A DNA stretch of 63,827 bases, counting the filler, from Choristocarpus tenellus KU-1152 (lineage: Eukaryota; Protista; Phaeophyceae), in assembly GCA_964200185.2 (NCBI GenBank). It is 12 parts of 12 records of this genome, joined end to end, with 100 filler letters (N's around TTAATTAATTAA, not from the genome) between each part and the next. Parts side by side here need not be neighbours in the genome. Positions count along the whole stretch, not along the records: positions 61,095 to 63,827 come from CAXNAD020025219.1; 11 more parts are not named here. One strand, 5' to 3'. The notes under the pieces were generated by a model. It was not told where the DNA came from, made no database searches, and saw nothing but the letters and a program-made list of their open reading frames with translations. Position numbers and translations under genes: made by a program. Shown here piece by piece: positions 62,521-63,827 of this stretch. The number at the start of each line of letters is the position of its first letter. The stretch's first letter is position 1.

Positions 62521-63827
62521 CGTGTTGCCTGGAGTATGTGTGTGCGTAGACAGGCGATGTGGGGGAGGCAAAATGCACTCAACTCTCTTGTGTGGTCGGG
62601 ATGATGTGCCTGCAGGCAGGTACATTGTGTGTGTGCACTAAATGCCTCTAAATGTAAAGGATGTGTGAGTCGTTGTGCAGGGTTCTATGTGTACGGTGTG
62701 ATTGTGTTCAGAGTTGTTCAGGTTGTGTTCTCAAAGGCTGCAGTATTTTTTAAATAGGAGCGATAATGATGTGGACTATTTCCTCTCGTCTGCCTGCCTG
62801 CCTGCCTGCCTACTTACCCATTGCTTGGAAAGAATGTATGTATATTTTTGCTTGATTTTAGGAATGGAGTGGTGATAATTGTATCAAAATATGTATATTT
62901 TTGTCGATATTCTGATTTGATGTGGGGGACGGTGGTTAGACATTATCAGGTGTTCCTGTACGTTTCTTGACCAGTCTTGAAGAGGAGAATAGTGCAGCAT
63001 GTAAAAAGTGCATAGTATCAGACCTCCAAACTCGACACATTGCGCATATATCCTTTTATCCTTTATTGACCTTCAGCAATATCATTAAGTAATCCTAATG
63101 CTAACCCTAACCCTATTAATATTTTTTATATATTCCGAGGCAACCGAATCGAATCAATTTTTTTTTTTCCACTAGTTGACCAATCAGAAGAGCGACGGTA
63201 TGGACCATGAAACACAAGCGATTTAGGGAGGGTATTGTGCTGCATATTAGGAATCTCCTGTTGGACAGGCTATTCAAAGGCCCTTGGAGTATGAGCTGTT
63301 GGTTGTTTCCTGTAGAACAAATAGAGGGAGGCGGAGGTAGAGTGAAACAGGAAAATTTTTGTGAAACCACAACAAAAACATGCTGTGTTTTTCTTTGTGT
63401 GTGTGTGTTTTTTTTTGTTTTTTTTTTTTTCTGGTTGATTGAATGATATGTTTTGCGCTCAAGTCCAACAAGGAGAATTGCCAGGCGAACCAAAATATGG
63501 GAATAAAAATAGGAACTTTAAATGTCATGACGATAAAGGATATACCCTCTCTCTTTTGATACATGTATATAATATATACATATCTGCATTGTCAAGCTTC
63601 AGCATTAGCCCTGCCCGGACTGCTGTACCTATCCATAATATAGTAGTTATATATATGATGACTACGATTCCCCCCCCCTCCCCCCCTCCCCTTTTGTGCA
63701 TCCTTGTTGTTTGCGCCCGGCCTACTTTTAGTATCAGTGGGTTGTCTTGCTTCAGCCCCGTGGAGAGTTGCACAGTGGAAGGCGTTGACTTGTCAACGAG
63801 CCCATTGAATGCAAATGAGAGGCTACT

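Overview
Eukaryotic, repeat-rich draft-assembly sequence: 12 contigs joined by eleven 100-nt N/TTAATTAATTAA spacers, so adjacency across gaps is not reliable. GT/GC-AG introns, a Zn2Cys6 exon and TTAGGG-type motifs fit a stramenopile, probably a brown alga (inference). Host genes: the last exon of a Gly/Ser/Pro-rich DPF-motif protein, a Zn(II)2Cys6 exon, and a complete 6-exon SLC25 carrier with an apparent N-terminal signal peptide. Most of the rest is decayed Copia, Gypsy and LINE fragments plus three related MITE families with AAAGTATC terminal cores and mixed 3/4-bp TSDs. Main finding: a multi-copy (3 partial copies) Sola-type DNA transposon. Its transposase 5' exon is divergently paired with a spliced accessory gene (ParB/Srx N-domain, HTH, PHD-like finger, degenerate beta-class N6/N4 DNA-methyltransferase-like fold). 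Between them lies a 1.2-1.4 kb spacer holding a tandem-repeat array with perfect 14-35 bp palindromes. Second finding: a mosaic of decayed alphaproteobacterial (Rickettsiales-like) gene fragments (lpdA, nrdA, pdhC) inside a eukaryotic contig. All domain calls are motif recognition by eye; no database search was run.
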